Source: Candidatus Hadarchaeota archaeon (GTDB lineage Archaea; Hadarchaeota; Hadarchaeia; Hadarchaeales; JAGGTB01). Taken from it: 64,000 nucleotides of DNA. Position 1 is the stretch's first letter. Each line of letters opens with the position of its first letter. Below are positions 38,602 to 48,250 of the stretch, piece by piece. The notes beneath the pieces are model-generated. The model did not search any database. It saw nothing but the letters and a program-made list of their open reading frames with translations, and was not told the origin of the DNA. Position numbers and translations under genes: made by a program. The stretch spans positions 384,001 through 448,000 of the forward strand of contig CAYLJV010000001.1 of NCBI GenBank assembly GCA_964384105.1. Direction: 5' to 3'.

Positions 38602-38982
38602 ATGAATAAAGAGATGTTGCCTAGCGAAAAGGAAGCTCTCGAAACAGGGTACTCGCAGGCTGTTGTTTTTAATAACGATATTTATATATCGGGACAAGTA
38701 GCAATGAACTCTGAAGGCAAAGTTGTTGGAATGAACGACTTTGAGAAACAGGCTAGATTTGTTTTTGATAGTATCGAAAAAATAATGTCTTCGAAGAATT
38801 CTAGTATGAATGACATAGTTTGGTTAACTATATTCATTACTGATATGGGTAATTTGAAAAAATTCAGAGAGATTAGATCCGAATATTTTGAAGAGTGGGT
38901 GCCAGCTAGTACTTTGGTAGAGGTTAATAGTCTGATTGATGAAAACTTACTTTTGGAGATTGCTGCTATAGGTAAAATATGA
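38602..38982 (+). CDS. RidA/YjgF family enamine/imine deaminase
   Basis: YSQAV, YISGQ, PASTLVEV..L....LLEI. Confidence 0.9.
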   Translation: MNKEMLPSEKEALETGYSQAVVFNNDIYISGQVAMNSEGKVVGMNDFEKQARFVFDSIEKIMSSKNSSMNDIVWLTIFITDMGNLKKFREIRSEYFEEWVPASTLVEVNSLIDENLLLEIAAIGKI

Positions 38983-39064
38983 TTTCGTTTCTGTTTTTTA
39001 TATTGAATATAGATGAATTATCTAAAATTCGCGACTTAAGTGTTTATTTTCTTCGCTTTTTTAG

Positions 39065-40882
39065 TTGAACAAATCTTTTATTTCTTCATCTTGTTACTAC
39101 TATAATAAGAAGGCTTTTGACCAAATGGAAATGAGAATGGAATGTAGGTTTCCGGATTTGAATTGCCCATTTGAGAAAATCCCGGAGGCTAGAAAAATTT
39201 GTGCTGTTTGCGCTACTTTAGATGATGACATAGCTTACAGGGACTATGTGAAGGAAAAGTATTCTTCAGAAGAAGGTTTACTAACATCTCTTATGAACAA
39301 CATCCCAGACTTTGTCTATTTTAAAGATAAGGAGTGTAGGTACACAGAAGTTAGTGAGGCTTTTGCAGAAAAAATGAGGATGACCCGAAGAGAACTGATC
39401 GGCAAAAAAGTAACCGATATATATCCTGGTGAATGGGGTGAAAAAATGCATAACAGTGATTTGAAAGTAATTCAGAAAGAGAGAAAAGTGGTTGATAAGG
39501 AAGATAAAGTTACTTTGCCTACTGGTGAGATAAGGTGGATGTCTACAAGTAAGGTTCCTCGATATGATAAGAGTGGAAATGTTATTGGTATGTTAGGTAT
39601 ATCCAGAGACATCACGCAGCGCAAGGAAATGGAGAGGGAGCTGATTGGGCTCAATCAGTTTCAAAATGCTATAATAGAAAATGCTAATGTGATTGTAGAG
39701 TTTCACGACGAACTAGGAAATATCATGGTTTGGAACAAAGCTGCAGAGGAAATTACGGGTTATACCAAGGAGGAAGTTTTGGGTGATAACAAAGTCTGGG
39801 ATTGGCTTTATCCAGATGAAGATTATCGAAGCGAGGTGATTAGTAAGGCTGCCAAGATTGCGAGGGGGGAAGAGACCATAGAGGATTATGAGTTTACTGT
39901 CGAATGTAAGAATGGTGAGAAAAAGACCATTTCATGGAATTCTAGAGGTATTAGAGATGAAAATGATAACTTAATCGGGGCTATTTCTATTGGTATAGAT
40001 ATTACTATAAGAAAGCGTGCTGAGAGAAGAGAAAAATCTCTGAATGCTCTATTTAGATACAACATCAAAAATAGGATTCAAGTTGTTGAGAATTATCTTA
40101 ATCTTCTGGTGGGGGAAGTTGTTTCGGAGAGGGGTAAGAAGAATCTTGAGGAAGTAAGGGTTATTATTCGTGATGTTCTTGACCTGATTGAGAAGGTTAG
40201 AATACTTAGAGAGATTAAGCAGGATAAACCTCGAGAGGCCTATATAAGTCCGGTAATTGTAAGCGCTATAGAAAATAATAGGTACATCAAAAATAGGATT
40301 CAAGTTGTTGAGAATTATCTTAATCTTCTGGTGGGGGAAGTTGTTTCGGAGAGGGGTAAGAAGAATCTTGAGGAAGTAAGGGTTATTATTCGTGATGTTC
40401 TTGACCTGATTGAGAAGGTTAGAATACTTAGAGAGATTAAGCAGGATAAACCTCGAGAGTTTGAGATTAGCCCCTTGATTGCGAGTGCTATAGAAAATCT
40501 TAGATTCTATGCTAAGGATAGGGGTATTGAAATAGAAGGCGATGATTGTGAGTCTATTGTTTTAGGCGGTCTTCTTTTAGAGGAACTATTTTCAAATTTG
40601 ATTAAAAACACAATTCAGCACTCAGGGGGTAATAAGTTAAAAATTTCTCATGAAGAAACCGTTGATGAATGTGTCATTAGTTTTGAAGATAATGGAGATG
40701 GTATTCCAGATGAGGATAAAAATAGTATTTTTGATTGGGGGTTTAAGAGAGAAAAGAGCTCCGGTTCTGGATTAGGATTGACTTTGGCAAAAGAAATTGC
40801 TGAAAACTATGGAGGAACTTTGATGGTTAATGATTCAGATTTGGGTGGAGCAAGGTTTGATGTGCATCTACAAAAAGCTTGA
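39065..40882 (+). CDS. PAS-domain sensor histidine-kinase-like protein with internal duplication
   Basis: Two PAS/PAC domains, HATPase boxes (NLIKNTIQH, DNGDGIP, GSGLGL, GARF); H-box reads FRYNIKN. Confidence 0.88.
   Translation: MNKSFISSSCYYYNKKAFDQMEMRMECRFPDLNCPFEKIPEARKICAVCATLDDDIAYRDYVKEKYSSEEGLLTSLMNNIPDFVYFKDKECRYTEVSEAFAEKMRMTRRELIGKKVTDIYPGEWGEKMHNSDLKVIQKERKVVDKEDKVTLPTGEIRWMSTSKVPRYDKSGNVIGMLGISRDITQRKEMERELIGLNQFQNAIIENANVIVEFHDELGNIMVWNKAAEEITGYTKEEVLGDNKVWDWLYPDEDYRSEVISKAAKIARGEETIEDYEFTVECKNGEKKTISWNSRGIRDENDNLIGAISIGIDITIRKRAERREKSLNALFRYNIKNRIQVVENYLNLLVGEVVSERGKKNLEEVRVIIRDVLDLIEKVRILREIKQDKPREAYISPVIVSAIENNRYIKNRIQVVENYLNLLVGEVVSERGKKNLEEVRVIIRDVLDLIEKVRILREIKQDKPREFEISPLIASAIENLRFYAKDRGIEIEGDDCESIVLGGLLLEELFSNLIKNTIQHSGGNKLKISHEETVDECVISFEDNGDGIPDEDKNSIFDWGFKREKSSGSGLGLTLAKEIAENYGGTLMVNDSDLGGARFDVHLQKA
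40062..40459 (+). repeat. In-frame tandem duplication (period 222 bp; 176 bp identical)
   Basis: 40062..40237 is identical to 40284..40459. Confidence 0.93.
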
Positions 40883-40986
40883 AGCTTGCCCCTATTTAGC
40901 AGATTATATTTCTTTTGTTTTTAATTTAGAGAAAGAATGTTAGACAATTTAATTAATTATAAGAAATAACTTTAGACGGCGATATC

Positions 40987-42132
40987 ATTCGAATAACAGA
41001 TGTCAAAACCACCCACGTCCATATTCCCCTCCCGGAAAAGTTTTCACCAGCTTGGATGCCAGGTGGTGAACAGAATGTTATTTCTACAACTATTCTTGAG
41101 ATCGAAACAGACGAGGGAATAACTGGAGTCTCAGGATCTTCTCACCATCCGGGTCTTATCTCCGAGGGTAAGTCAGAGTCTGAAGTGGCGGTTGAAAACT
41201 TTCTGAAGGACTCTTTCATAGGAGAGGACCCCACGAGAATAGAGCGATTAATCCATCACGTCAGAAAAGCTGGTAATGCCATAAGCAACCCATGGTTCGT
41301 AAGTACGGCTCTTTGGGATATTATTGGGAAGAAAGCAGGGATGCCTCTGTACAAGCTGTGGGGTGGCTATAGGGATGAACTTCCAGCGTATGCTAGTTTT
41401 GGGGAAGTTAGGACCCCTGAAAGAAGAGCCAATGATGTAAAGAATCTTGTAAGAGAGGGTTTCAAGGCAGTAAAGCTTCGATTTCACAGCGAAAGCATGG
41501 TTGAGGACATCGATCAGATCAAGGAAGTTCGAGAGGCCGTTGGGGACGAGATCGATATAATGGTGGATGCCAATCAATCGTTTAGTCTGGGAGAGAGAGG
41601 TCCCAAATGGGATTTCAGACGGGCTTTAGAAACGGCCAGAAAGTTGGAGGATTTCAATGTGGTGTGGTTGGAGGAATCTCTGCTAGGTAGCGACTTCGAA
41701 GGTCTGAGTAAACTCTGTAATAACACGAGCATTGACATAGCGGGCGGCGAGTTCAACAAAGGTCTCGACGTCTTTCGCCGAATGTTGGAGGATGGGGTAT
41801 ACGATGTTTTACAGCCGGACTGTAACATGTCTGAGGGAATATTCCAGCTGAGGAAAGTTGCGGGAATGGCTGAGAGTTACAATAAATGGTTTGAGCCTCA
41901 TACATGGGGCAATGGTCTGTTACTTGCTGCGAGTATACATCTGGCGGCTTCTGTTCCGAATTGCAGATATTTGGAGTATCCTTATGATCCTCCGACTTTT
42001 CCGATCGAATCCTATTACGGTATGTTGAAGGAACCGATAGAGATAGATAGCGAAGGTTTAGTAAAGGTTCCCCAGGGGCCGGGAATAGGAGTGGAGTTAG
42101 ACCGAGATTCTATTGAAGAATATAAGGTTTGA
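40987..42132 (+). CDS. Mandelate racemase / muconate lactonizing enzyme family (enolase superfamily)
   Basis: ALWDIIGK, GFKAVKLR, MVDANQ, WLEE, AGGE, QPD, GPGIGVE; frame open upstream of the ORF-track ATG (41056) to a typical N-terminus IRITDVKT starting at ATT 40987. Confidence 0.9.
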   Translation: MRITDVKTTHVHIPLPEKFSPAWMPGGEQNVISTTILEIETDEGITGVSGSSHHPGLISEGKSESEVAVENFLKDSFIGEDPTRIERLIHHVRKAGNAISNPWFVSTALWDIIGKKAGMPLYKLWGGYRDELPAYASFGEVRTPERRANDVKNLVREGFKAVKLRFHSESMVEDIDQIKEVREAVGDEIDIMVDANQSFSLGERGPKWDFRRALETARKLEDFNVVWLEESLLGSDFEGLSKLCNNTSIDIAGGEFNKGLDVFRRMLEDGVYDVLQPDCNMSEGIFQLRKVAGMAESYNKWFEPHTWGNGLLLAASIHLAASVPNCRYLEYPYDPPTFPIESYYGMLKEPIEIDSEGLVKVPQGPGIGVELDRDSIEEYKV

Positions 42133-42212
42133 TGTTTCGTCTCCCACCCCATTGAGAACAAATCTCTAGTTTTACAAAACTTCTTTTAGGAAGGTGAACA
42201 AGATTCCAAACG

Positions 42213-43025
42213 ATGAGTCATTTCCGAATAGACGATTTTAAGTTTGAATATTTAGTGGATAAGACAGCATTCAGGCCCAAGGTTGAAAAGCCCATTCTTG
42301 TGGAAGGTCTAATGGGTGTTGGCCATGTGGGTCTTTTGGCAGCTGATCATTTGATCGAAGAACTGAAACTGGAGAAAATAGCAAATGTTTATTCACCTCA
42401 TTTCACGGAACCGTTTAGTCCGAAGGACACGCCTGGAGTTAACTATACGGAGGAAGGCACAGTAGAACTTCATAAGAATGAGATATTCTGGGGGCCAAAT
42501 TATGATCTATTTGTTTACAAGGGACTTTACCAGGGTGACTATTGTGATTTTTATTACAGACATGCTAATCTGATGATGGATTTTTGCGAAGAGTTTAACG
42601 TTAGGGATGTCTACACGTTGGGGGGACTTGGCACTGGCGAAGAGGTAGAGAATCCAGAAACGAGGGCTGTAATAACGGATATAAATCTGGAGAGAGAAGT
42701 CGGTCAGTTTGCAAAAGTTATGAAAGGACAACCGAACAGACCTGGAGTGACGGGTCTCTCAGGGCTTCTTGTGGGTTTGGCCGTGAAGAATGGAATGAAG
42801 GGAATATGTCTCTTGGGGGAGACTCATGGTGCTTTCCCAGATCCGAAGGCGGCTAAAGCTGTCTTGGAGACGTTGTGCCAAATGAATGGTATTGAAATAG
42901 ACTATTCGGGTCTTGATAAGGCTGCGGAGGAAATAGAGAGCAAAAGGGAGGATTTCAAGAAGAAGATGCGAGCCTTACAAAGTAAAGCAAAGAAGGATGC
43001 AGGAGATACTGGCTATATAGGATAA
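42213..43025 (+). CDS. PAC2-family proteasome assembly chaperone-like protein
   Basis: VEGLMGVGHVGLLAADHL, TLGG, GLSGLL, CLLGET, PDPKAA, C-terminal YIG. Confidence 0.88.
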   Translation: MSHFRIDDFKFEYLVDKTAFRPKVEKPILVEGLMGVGHVGLLAADHLIEELKLEKIANVYSPHFTEPFSPKDTPGVNYTEEGTVELHKNEIFWGPNYDLFVYKGLYQGDYCDFYYRHANLMMDFCEEFNVRDVYTLGGLGTGEEVENPETRAVITDINLEREVGQFAKVMKGQPNRPGVTGLSGLLVGLAVKNGMKGICLLGETHGAFPDPKAAKAVLETLCQMNGIEIDYSGLDKAAEEIESKREDFKKKMRALQSKAKKDAGDTGYIG

Positions 43026-43092
43026 TTTTTCTCGAAATCGGAGTTTTTGATTTGAGGGAACATCTTTATCTTTTATTATTTGAAATGTTTAT

Positions 43093-43401
43093 TTGATTAA
43101 CATGTCTAAAAGAAAAATATCTTCGATCCAACCGGATGTGCATGTGACTCACAATAGGGAAAAGTACGATATCCAATTTGAACTTTCAGGGGTTTCTCCG
43201 CAGGATATAGATCTCAAAGTTTCAGAATCTTCTTTGTGTCTATATGCTCCCAGAGATGATTATTTCGATTTTAATACCTGCGTAGGTTTAGCTCATCGAA
43301 TTGATACGGAAAAAGTCGAAGCGAAATTCAAGAATGGTCTATTAAGTGTCTCTGTCCCGATAATAGAGCCCTTGAAGGGAAGAGAAGTAGAAATAGAGTA
43401 A
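43093..43401 (+). CDS. Hsp20/alpha-crystallin family small heat-shock protein
   Basis: ELSGVSPQDIDLKV, AKFKNGLLSVSVP. Confidence 0.85.
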   Translation: MINMSKRKISSIQPDVHVTHNREKYDIQFELSGVSPQDIDLKVSESSLCLYAPRDDYFDFNTCVGLAHRIDTEKVEAKFKNGLLSVSVPIIEPLKGREVEIE

Positions 43402-43491
43402 ACGGTTTAGAGCACTAGCTCAAGCATTCGTGCAGACCGGCCCGTATTTGATACTATCTTCGGTAAAGTCGATTTCTCCACTGGCGTGAAT

Positions 43492-43791
43492 TTAGAATGA
43501 AAAGACGGAATCTCGTTTTACTTCTTCTTTTTCTTTTTCGGATCCGTTGCAAATTTTTATGTCGACTTCTTCGTCATCTATGTCTATAGATTCGATGTCC
43601 CGATCGTATTTACTTCCTATTACGGAATTAAGGAAGTTTTTCGAGATCTCTAGCTCGACCTTGTCCTTTTTTATGTTTATAGATTCTATCTCCCCTCCAA
43701 GATTACTATTCAGGATTTCTTTGAAAGAGTCCATCGAAATCCTAAACTGTTTGATCTCGTAGGGAAGACTAGACTTGGTTGTATAGTCCAA
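43492..43791 (-). CDS. Hypothetical protein with internal sequence repeat
   Basis: SD GGAGGT upstream of TTG; EIESINIKKDKVELEI / DIESIDIDDEEVDIKI repeat. Confidence 0.6.
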   Translation of the reverse strand: MDYTTKSSLPYEIKQFRISMDSFKEILNSNLGGEIESINIKKDKVELEISKNFLNSVIGSKYDRDIESIDIDDEEVDIKICNGSEKEKEEVKRDSVFSF

Positions 43792-43955
43792 TCTTTAATA
43801 CCTCCTTTATGCCCCCTTTCCTCTAATTTCTATCTGGACATTCGGGCTTTATAACTATCGGATGAAAAAATAAAGGATAATTTACCCATTTTTTGGTATG
43901 GGTTTTAAATAAGGCGTTCGATCCGAAGGGAATTCGAGTAAGTTTTTCCGATTCT

Positions 43956-44456
43956 TTAGACTTTGGAAAATTTTTCCTTAGGAGAGCCACAGATGGGACA
44001 CTTTTCTAGGGGTTCTCCAGAGACAGTGTTTCCACATACTTCACAAACGTACCACTCTTTTTCTTCTAGATCTCCTTTTTCCTCAAGGGATTCTAAGGCG
44101 CTTCTGTACAATTTTTCGTGCTTTTTTTCCACTTTATTAGCGTAGGTGAACGATTTTAACGCTTTTTCGTTTTCTTCGTCTTTTGCGTTTTCTATGAATT
44201 CAGGATACATCTCTTCATGCTCGTAATTTTCCCCTTCTATTGCAACTTTCAGATTTTCTTTGGTAGACTTTATTTTTCCGAGTGCTTGGAGGTGGTTTTT
44301 AGCGTGAACTCTTTCTGCCAACGCGGCTGCTCTGAACAGTTTTGCTACACCAGTTTTCCCTTCTTTCTCTGCTTTCTCTGCAAAGAAAGTGTATTTGTTT
44401 CGGGCCTGTGATTCCCCTGAAAAGGCTTCCTGCAAATTTTCTTCACTTTTTGTCAT
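43956..44456 (-). CDS. rbr: Rubrerythrin
   Basis: AFSGESQARNKY, ExxH diiron motifs, CEVCG...CPICG; ATG 44456 preceded by AGGTGA. Confidence 0.95.
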   Translation of the reverse strand: MTKSEENLQEAFSGESQARNKYTFFAEKAEKEGKTGVAKLFRAAALAERVHAKNHLQALGKIKSTKENLKVAIEGENYEHEEMYPEFIENAKDEENEKALKSFTYANKVEKKHEKLYRSALESLEEKGDLEEKEWYVCEVCGNTVSGEPLEKCPICGSPKEKFSKV

Positions 44457-44616
44457 TTTATCACCTTTCTTTTGGTAGAAATTGCTAATAATATTTCTCA
44501 TGAATTTTCTAGATTTTCGGGCAGTGATATTTGGTCCTCGATTTTCTTCATGCTGATTAATAAACTAAGTTTCGTCAGGGATACAAAGTTTATGAGATTT
44601 TGCGTTCCAACCTGTA

Positions 44617-45435
44617 TTGAGAAACATGAAGAAAAACTTGTTAATCGTAGTAGTTTTAGTACTTTCAGTTACTTTCTCAGGAGCTATTGGGTATACAGTT
44701 GGTTTTTCTCAGAAAGAGGACGAAAATTCCAAGGATTATTTGGGTTTGGCTTCTTTAGGCGGCCTGGATTCAGAAGATTTGCTGGACGAGATTTCAGATG
44801 ATTCAGTGAATACTATAAGTGTTACAGGAATTGGAACTGCTAAAGCGGAACCGACAATAGTTAAGTTGGAACTGGGTGTGACTACTGAGGCTTCTGAATC
44901 CTTCGGTGCTCAGGAAGCTCTTGCTAAAAATTCGGAATCTATCGAAAAAATTTTGGAAGCTTTGAGTGACCTAGGAATTTCTAGAGAAAATATAAAGACT
45001 TCTCATTTTAACATAAGTCCGAGATATGAGTATAGAGATTACAGAGAAAGAAATGAAATTGTAGGCTACCGAGTTACTCACATGTTGAGCGTTGAATTCG
45101 AGGAGATAGATATGGCAGGTAGTATAATCGATGAAGCCGTAGCCAATGGTGCTAATGAGATAAACAACGTTACTTTTTCTCTTTCTGAAGGCGATTTCGA
45201 TGAGATCGAAAACATAGCTAGAGCAAGAGCAGCCCAAGATGCGAGAGAAAAGGCAGAGACAATTGCAAGTTCCTTAGGAGTAGAAATCACCGGAGTCGTA
45301 AAAGTTACTGAAGGAAGTTACTACTACGATGGATTTAATAGAACAGAGGATTTTGAAAGCGGGTCGACACAGATTATCAGTCCTCAGACCTTGACGGAGA
45401 CAGTTACATTAGAAGTGACTTTCAGGATAGAGTAG
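44617..45435 (+). CDS. SIMPL domain (DUF541) exported protein
   Basis: Signal/TM segment, TISVTGIG...AEP, GANEINNVTF, AREKAETIASSLG. Confidence 0.88.
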   Translation: MRNMKKNLLIVVVLVLSVTFSGAIGYTVGFSQKEDENSKDYLGLASLGGLDSEDLLDEISDDSVNTISVTGIGTAKAEPTIVKLELGVTTEASESFGAQEALAKNSESIEKILEALSDLGISRENIKTSHFNISPRYEYRDYRERNEIVGYRVTHMLSVEFEEIDMAGSIIDEAVANGANEINNVTFSLSEGDFDEIENIARARAAQDAREKAETIASSLGVEITGVVKVTEGSYYYDGFNRTEDFESGSTQIISPQTLTETVTLEVTFRIE

Positions 45436-45529
45436 GTTATCAGAGTTTGAATTGATAGCACGCAATTACTAAAGAACGTGAATATAGACCCCTTAGATTT
45501 ATTTTTTTGTTTGAACAAGAGTAACTGGT

Positions 45530-46024
45530 ATGAAAGTAGAAGTTTACAAGGGAGACATAACTCAGCTGGACTTTCAGGCCATAGTTAACCCAGCAAACTC
45601 TAGTTTGGTTATGGGCGGTGGTCTTGCGGGAATTATCAAGAAAAAGGGAGGAGAAGAAATTGAAGAGGAGGCCAAGGAACAAGCTCCTTTGGATGTGGGG
45701 AGTGCCATTGTTACCACCTCAGGGAAGTTACCGTGCGAATTTGTAATTCATGCTCCTACGATGGTGCGACCGGCCCAGAAAGTATCTCCCGAGAACGCCC
45801 GTCTCGCTATGAAGGGGATCCTGAAATGTGCGGAGGAAAACGGGATTAAAGAGATCGCCGTTCCGGGTTTGGGAACTGGTGTCGGTGGAGTTTCTGCCAA
45901 GGATGCTGCTAGTGTGATGGTTGATGAATTGAAAAATTTTGAAAGTGATGTTGTAGAGAAGGTTTTGCTTGTAGGATACAGTGATGAACTATATACTGCT
46001 TTTAAAGAGGAGTTAGAAAGATAG
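45530..46024 (+). CDS. Macro domain protein (ADP-ribose binding/hydrolase)
   Basis: GDIT, AIVNPANS..MGGGLA, VIHAPT, PGLGTGVGG. Confidence 0.93.
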   Translation: MKVEVYKGDITQLDFQAIVNPANSSLVMGGGLAGIIKKKGGEEIEEEAKEQAPLDVGSAIVTTSGKLPCEFVIHAPTMVRPAQKVSPENARLAMKGILKCAEENGIKEIAVPGLGTGVGGVSAKDAASVMVDELKNFESDVVEKVLLVGYSDELYTAFKEELER

Positions 46025-46092
46025 TTTTTCTGAACGGGTCTTTTACTTAGTTGAACAATATTAGGTAAAATCTTTGTTTTCAATACACTTCC

Positions 46093-46566
46093 TTATTCTT
46101 GGCCTAGCGATTCGATCAAGTTCTTAATGAATTCCTTTGCGTTTTCAATATCGTTTTGATTCGGTCTCCCCTTGTTTAAGCCACCAAATATTCCTACGAT
46201 ACCGTTTGTATCCCATCCTCTGCAAGAAAAAGTGTCTACGACATCGAATCCTTTATCGACTAGTTTCTCTTTCAATGCTTTGTTGAATTCGTGAAAGATT
46301 GGAAATCTACCCATTCCGCTAGTTGCGAAAACAAATGCTTTTTTATCGTTGATCTCAGGAAGTTCATCTACCAATTTTAATAGTCGTTTATGATGTTTTC
46401 CGAAATATATTCCTGAACCGAAACCAATTAGATCGTATTTTTGAACGTCTTCCATATCGACATTTTTCGGTTCTACAGCTTCGGCGTTTAAAATGTCAGC
46501 CATAGATTCGGCTATTTTTTGAGTATTTTCGTGATGCTCGGATTTGCAGATTATTAATGACTCCAT
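46093..46566 (-). CDS. Flavodoxin family protein
   Basis: SEHHENTQKIA, GFGSGIY, FSCRGWDT, NKGRPN; ATG 46566 preferred. Confidence 0.85.
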   Translation of the reverse strand: MESLIICKSEHHENTQKIAESMADILNAEAVEPKNVDMEDVQKYDLIGFGSGIYFGKHHKRLLKLVDELPEINDKKAFVFATSGMGRFPIFHEFNKALKEKLVDKGFDVVDTFSCRGWDTNGIVGIFGGLNKGRPNQNDIENAKEFIKNLIESLGQE

Positions 46567-46675
46567 ATTTATATCAACTAAATTTTTGCTCAATAGTTTC
46601 TTTGAAGTCTTTGGTTTATTCAATTTTTATAAAATCCTACAAAATAATGAACTGTATTTCTTATTCGAGAAATTA

Positions 46676-47428
46676 CTAGGTACACTCCTCAAAAAATTTT
46701 GAATAAACGCACTTTTTGGGCGGGACTTTTGGTGTAATGCCATTGCCGTTTAAGATGTTTATGTCGAGGCCTCGAACTATGACCGCTGGTATGCTTTCAT
46801 CGGCTTCACCCATGACTAATTGTGCTGCGGCAGAGATCTGATCCCCGATTCCCTTGAAAGTGATTTGTAATTTTCTACCATATAGATCTCTCTGGTTCCT
46901 GCAATCTAGAGCTACTTTAACGCCACTGGATCCGATCGATTGTCCGATAGTTCCCAGTCGTAGTGGCTGAACGTGACTGTCTGAGATGATTATTCCTATT
47001 TTCTTACCAGTTTTATTTTCAAATTCTTTCCTTAGTTCCTTGGCCACTTTATCCGAATCCTCCGGAATCAAAAGGGCATACCCCCGCGGCACGTTAGTTC
47101 TATCTACTCCGGCGTTTATTCTCAACATTCCATCTTTTAGAGTCAGGATACACTTATCGCTTGGTCCTATGACTTCATCGGATTCCTGAAGGATTATTTC
47201 AACGAACTTTTCTTCTAGACCACTTTTTTCGGCTAGTTTCTTTGCTTTTTCGCTAGGTTCTATCTCATCTATTTTTCGGGTTCTACCTAGGACAGTTGAA
47301 ACCACGCTGGAAGCGATTACCAAGATGTCATTGTCTTTTAGTTTCTCTCCTGCGTCCGATTCGAGAATAACGTCTACTAAATTGTCGCCATATTTTATTA
47401 GGGGAGTTTTTATTCCGATTAGCTCCAT
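46676..47428 (-). CDS. cofE: Coenzyme F420-0:L-glutamate ligase family (CofE paralog)
   Basis: NAGVDRTN, IISDSH..PLRLG, DLYGR.L, VMGEADESIPAVIVRG. Confidence 0.82.
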   Translation of the reverse strand: MELIGIKTPLIKYGDNLVDVILESDAGEKLKDNDILVIASSVVSTVLGRTRKIDEIEPSEKAKKLAEKSGLEEKFVEIILQESDEVIGPSDKCILTLKDGMLRINAGVDRTNVPRGYALLIPEDSDKVAKELRKEFENKTGKKIGIIISDSHVQPLRLGTIGQSIGSSGVKVALDCRNQRDLYGRKLQITFKGIGDQISAAAQLVMGEADESIPAVIVRGLDINILNGNGITPKVPPKKCVYSKFFEECT

Positions 47429-47452
47429 AGTATCCGCATTAATTGTGGTTGC

Positions 47453-48250
47453 TTAAAAAATAAATGCCAGGTTTTTAAGAGGTTTCCTTTGGATTAGGCT
47501 GCCAGGAAAAATCTGCCAGGCTAGAGCCGATTTTGCTACTAAGCTGAGGATTATGTAGAATCTCTCTCCATAAAGATAGTCTTTCCAGGGTCCGGCCTTT
47601 TTGTACTGTAGTAATTGATTAAGGGCAAAAATATTGAAGAAAATGAATATTGATATGTAGACATATATTACGAAGTCGGGAACTGCTCCCGCAGTTGCGG
47701 AAACAGCTCCTATTAGATAAATTGCTATAGCAACCCAGGCACTATTCCTGCTAAGCAATCGAAAATATAAGAGGTCCAGTTGGTTTTTTTCGGTTTTTTT
47801 TGGTTATGGGGTTCCATCACCCAACCGAACCATATCATCATGGCGTTCAGGGTGAATATCAGAATTAATGTGGCAAGGTCAAATATTCCCGTCAGCATAG
47901 CGATTATAGCAATCATTAGCGAGGCACTGAAAGTATACTCGACCCATAGGGTGGGATTTATATGGTTTTTTGGTTTTTTTCACATACCAATCTTAGAGCA
48001 CTGTTGAGATGAGGAAATGCGCAACTGCGGATATTAGTAGGAATATGGCGATGAGTGGCCCGATTTGAACGTTGGTAAGAGTTTTGGTGGCTAGTTCGAG
48101 TGCTGCGTGACTGGAAGTCAATTTGGAAGTAGTTATTGGCAGAGGAGACGATTTAATGGGGTAGAACATCAAAATTGCTTGAAAAAGATGTATTATAACC
48201 ATTAAACCGTTAAATATTCTTAACTTTTTGAATTTTTTAGAATATTCCAT
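47453..48250 (-). pseudogene. Heliorhodopsin pseudogene (nonsense codon plus at least two frameshifts)
   Basis: Fragments give LRIFN..IHLFQA, SAVAHF, NP..WVEYTFSASLMI, MIWFGWVME, FFNIFALNQLLQY, YGERFYIILSLVAKSALAWQIF (retinal Lys). Confidence 0.88.
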
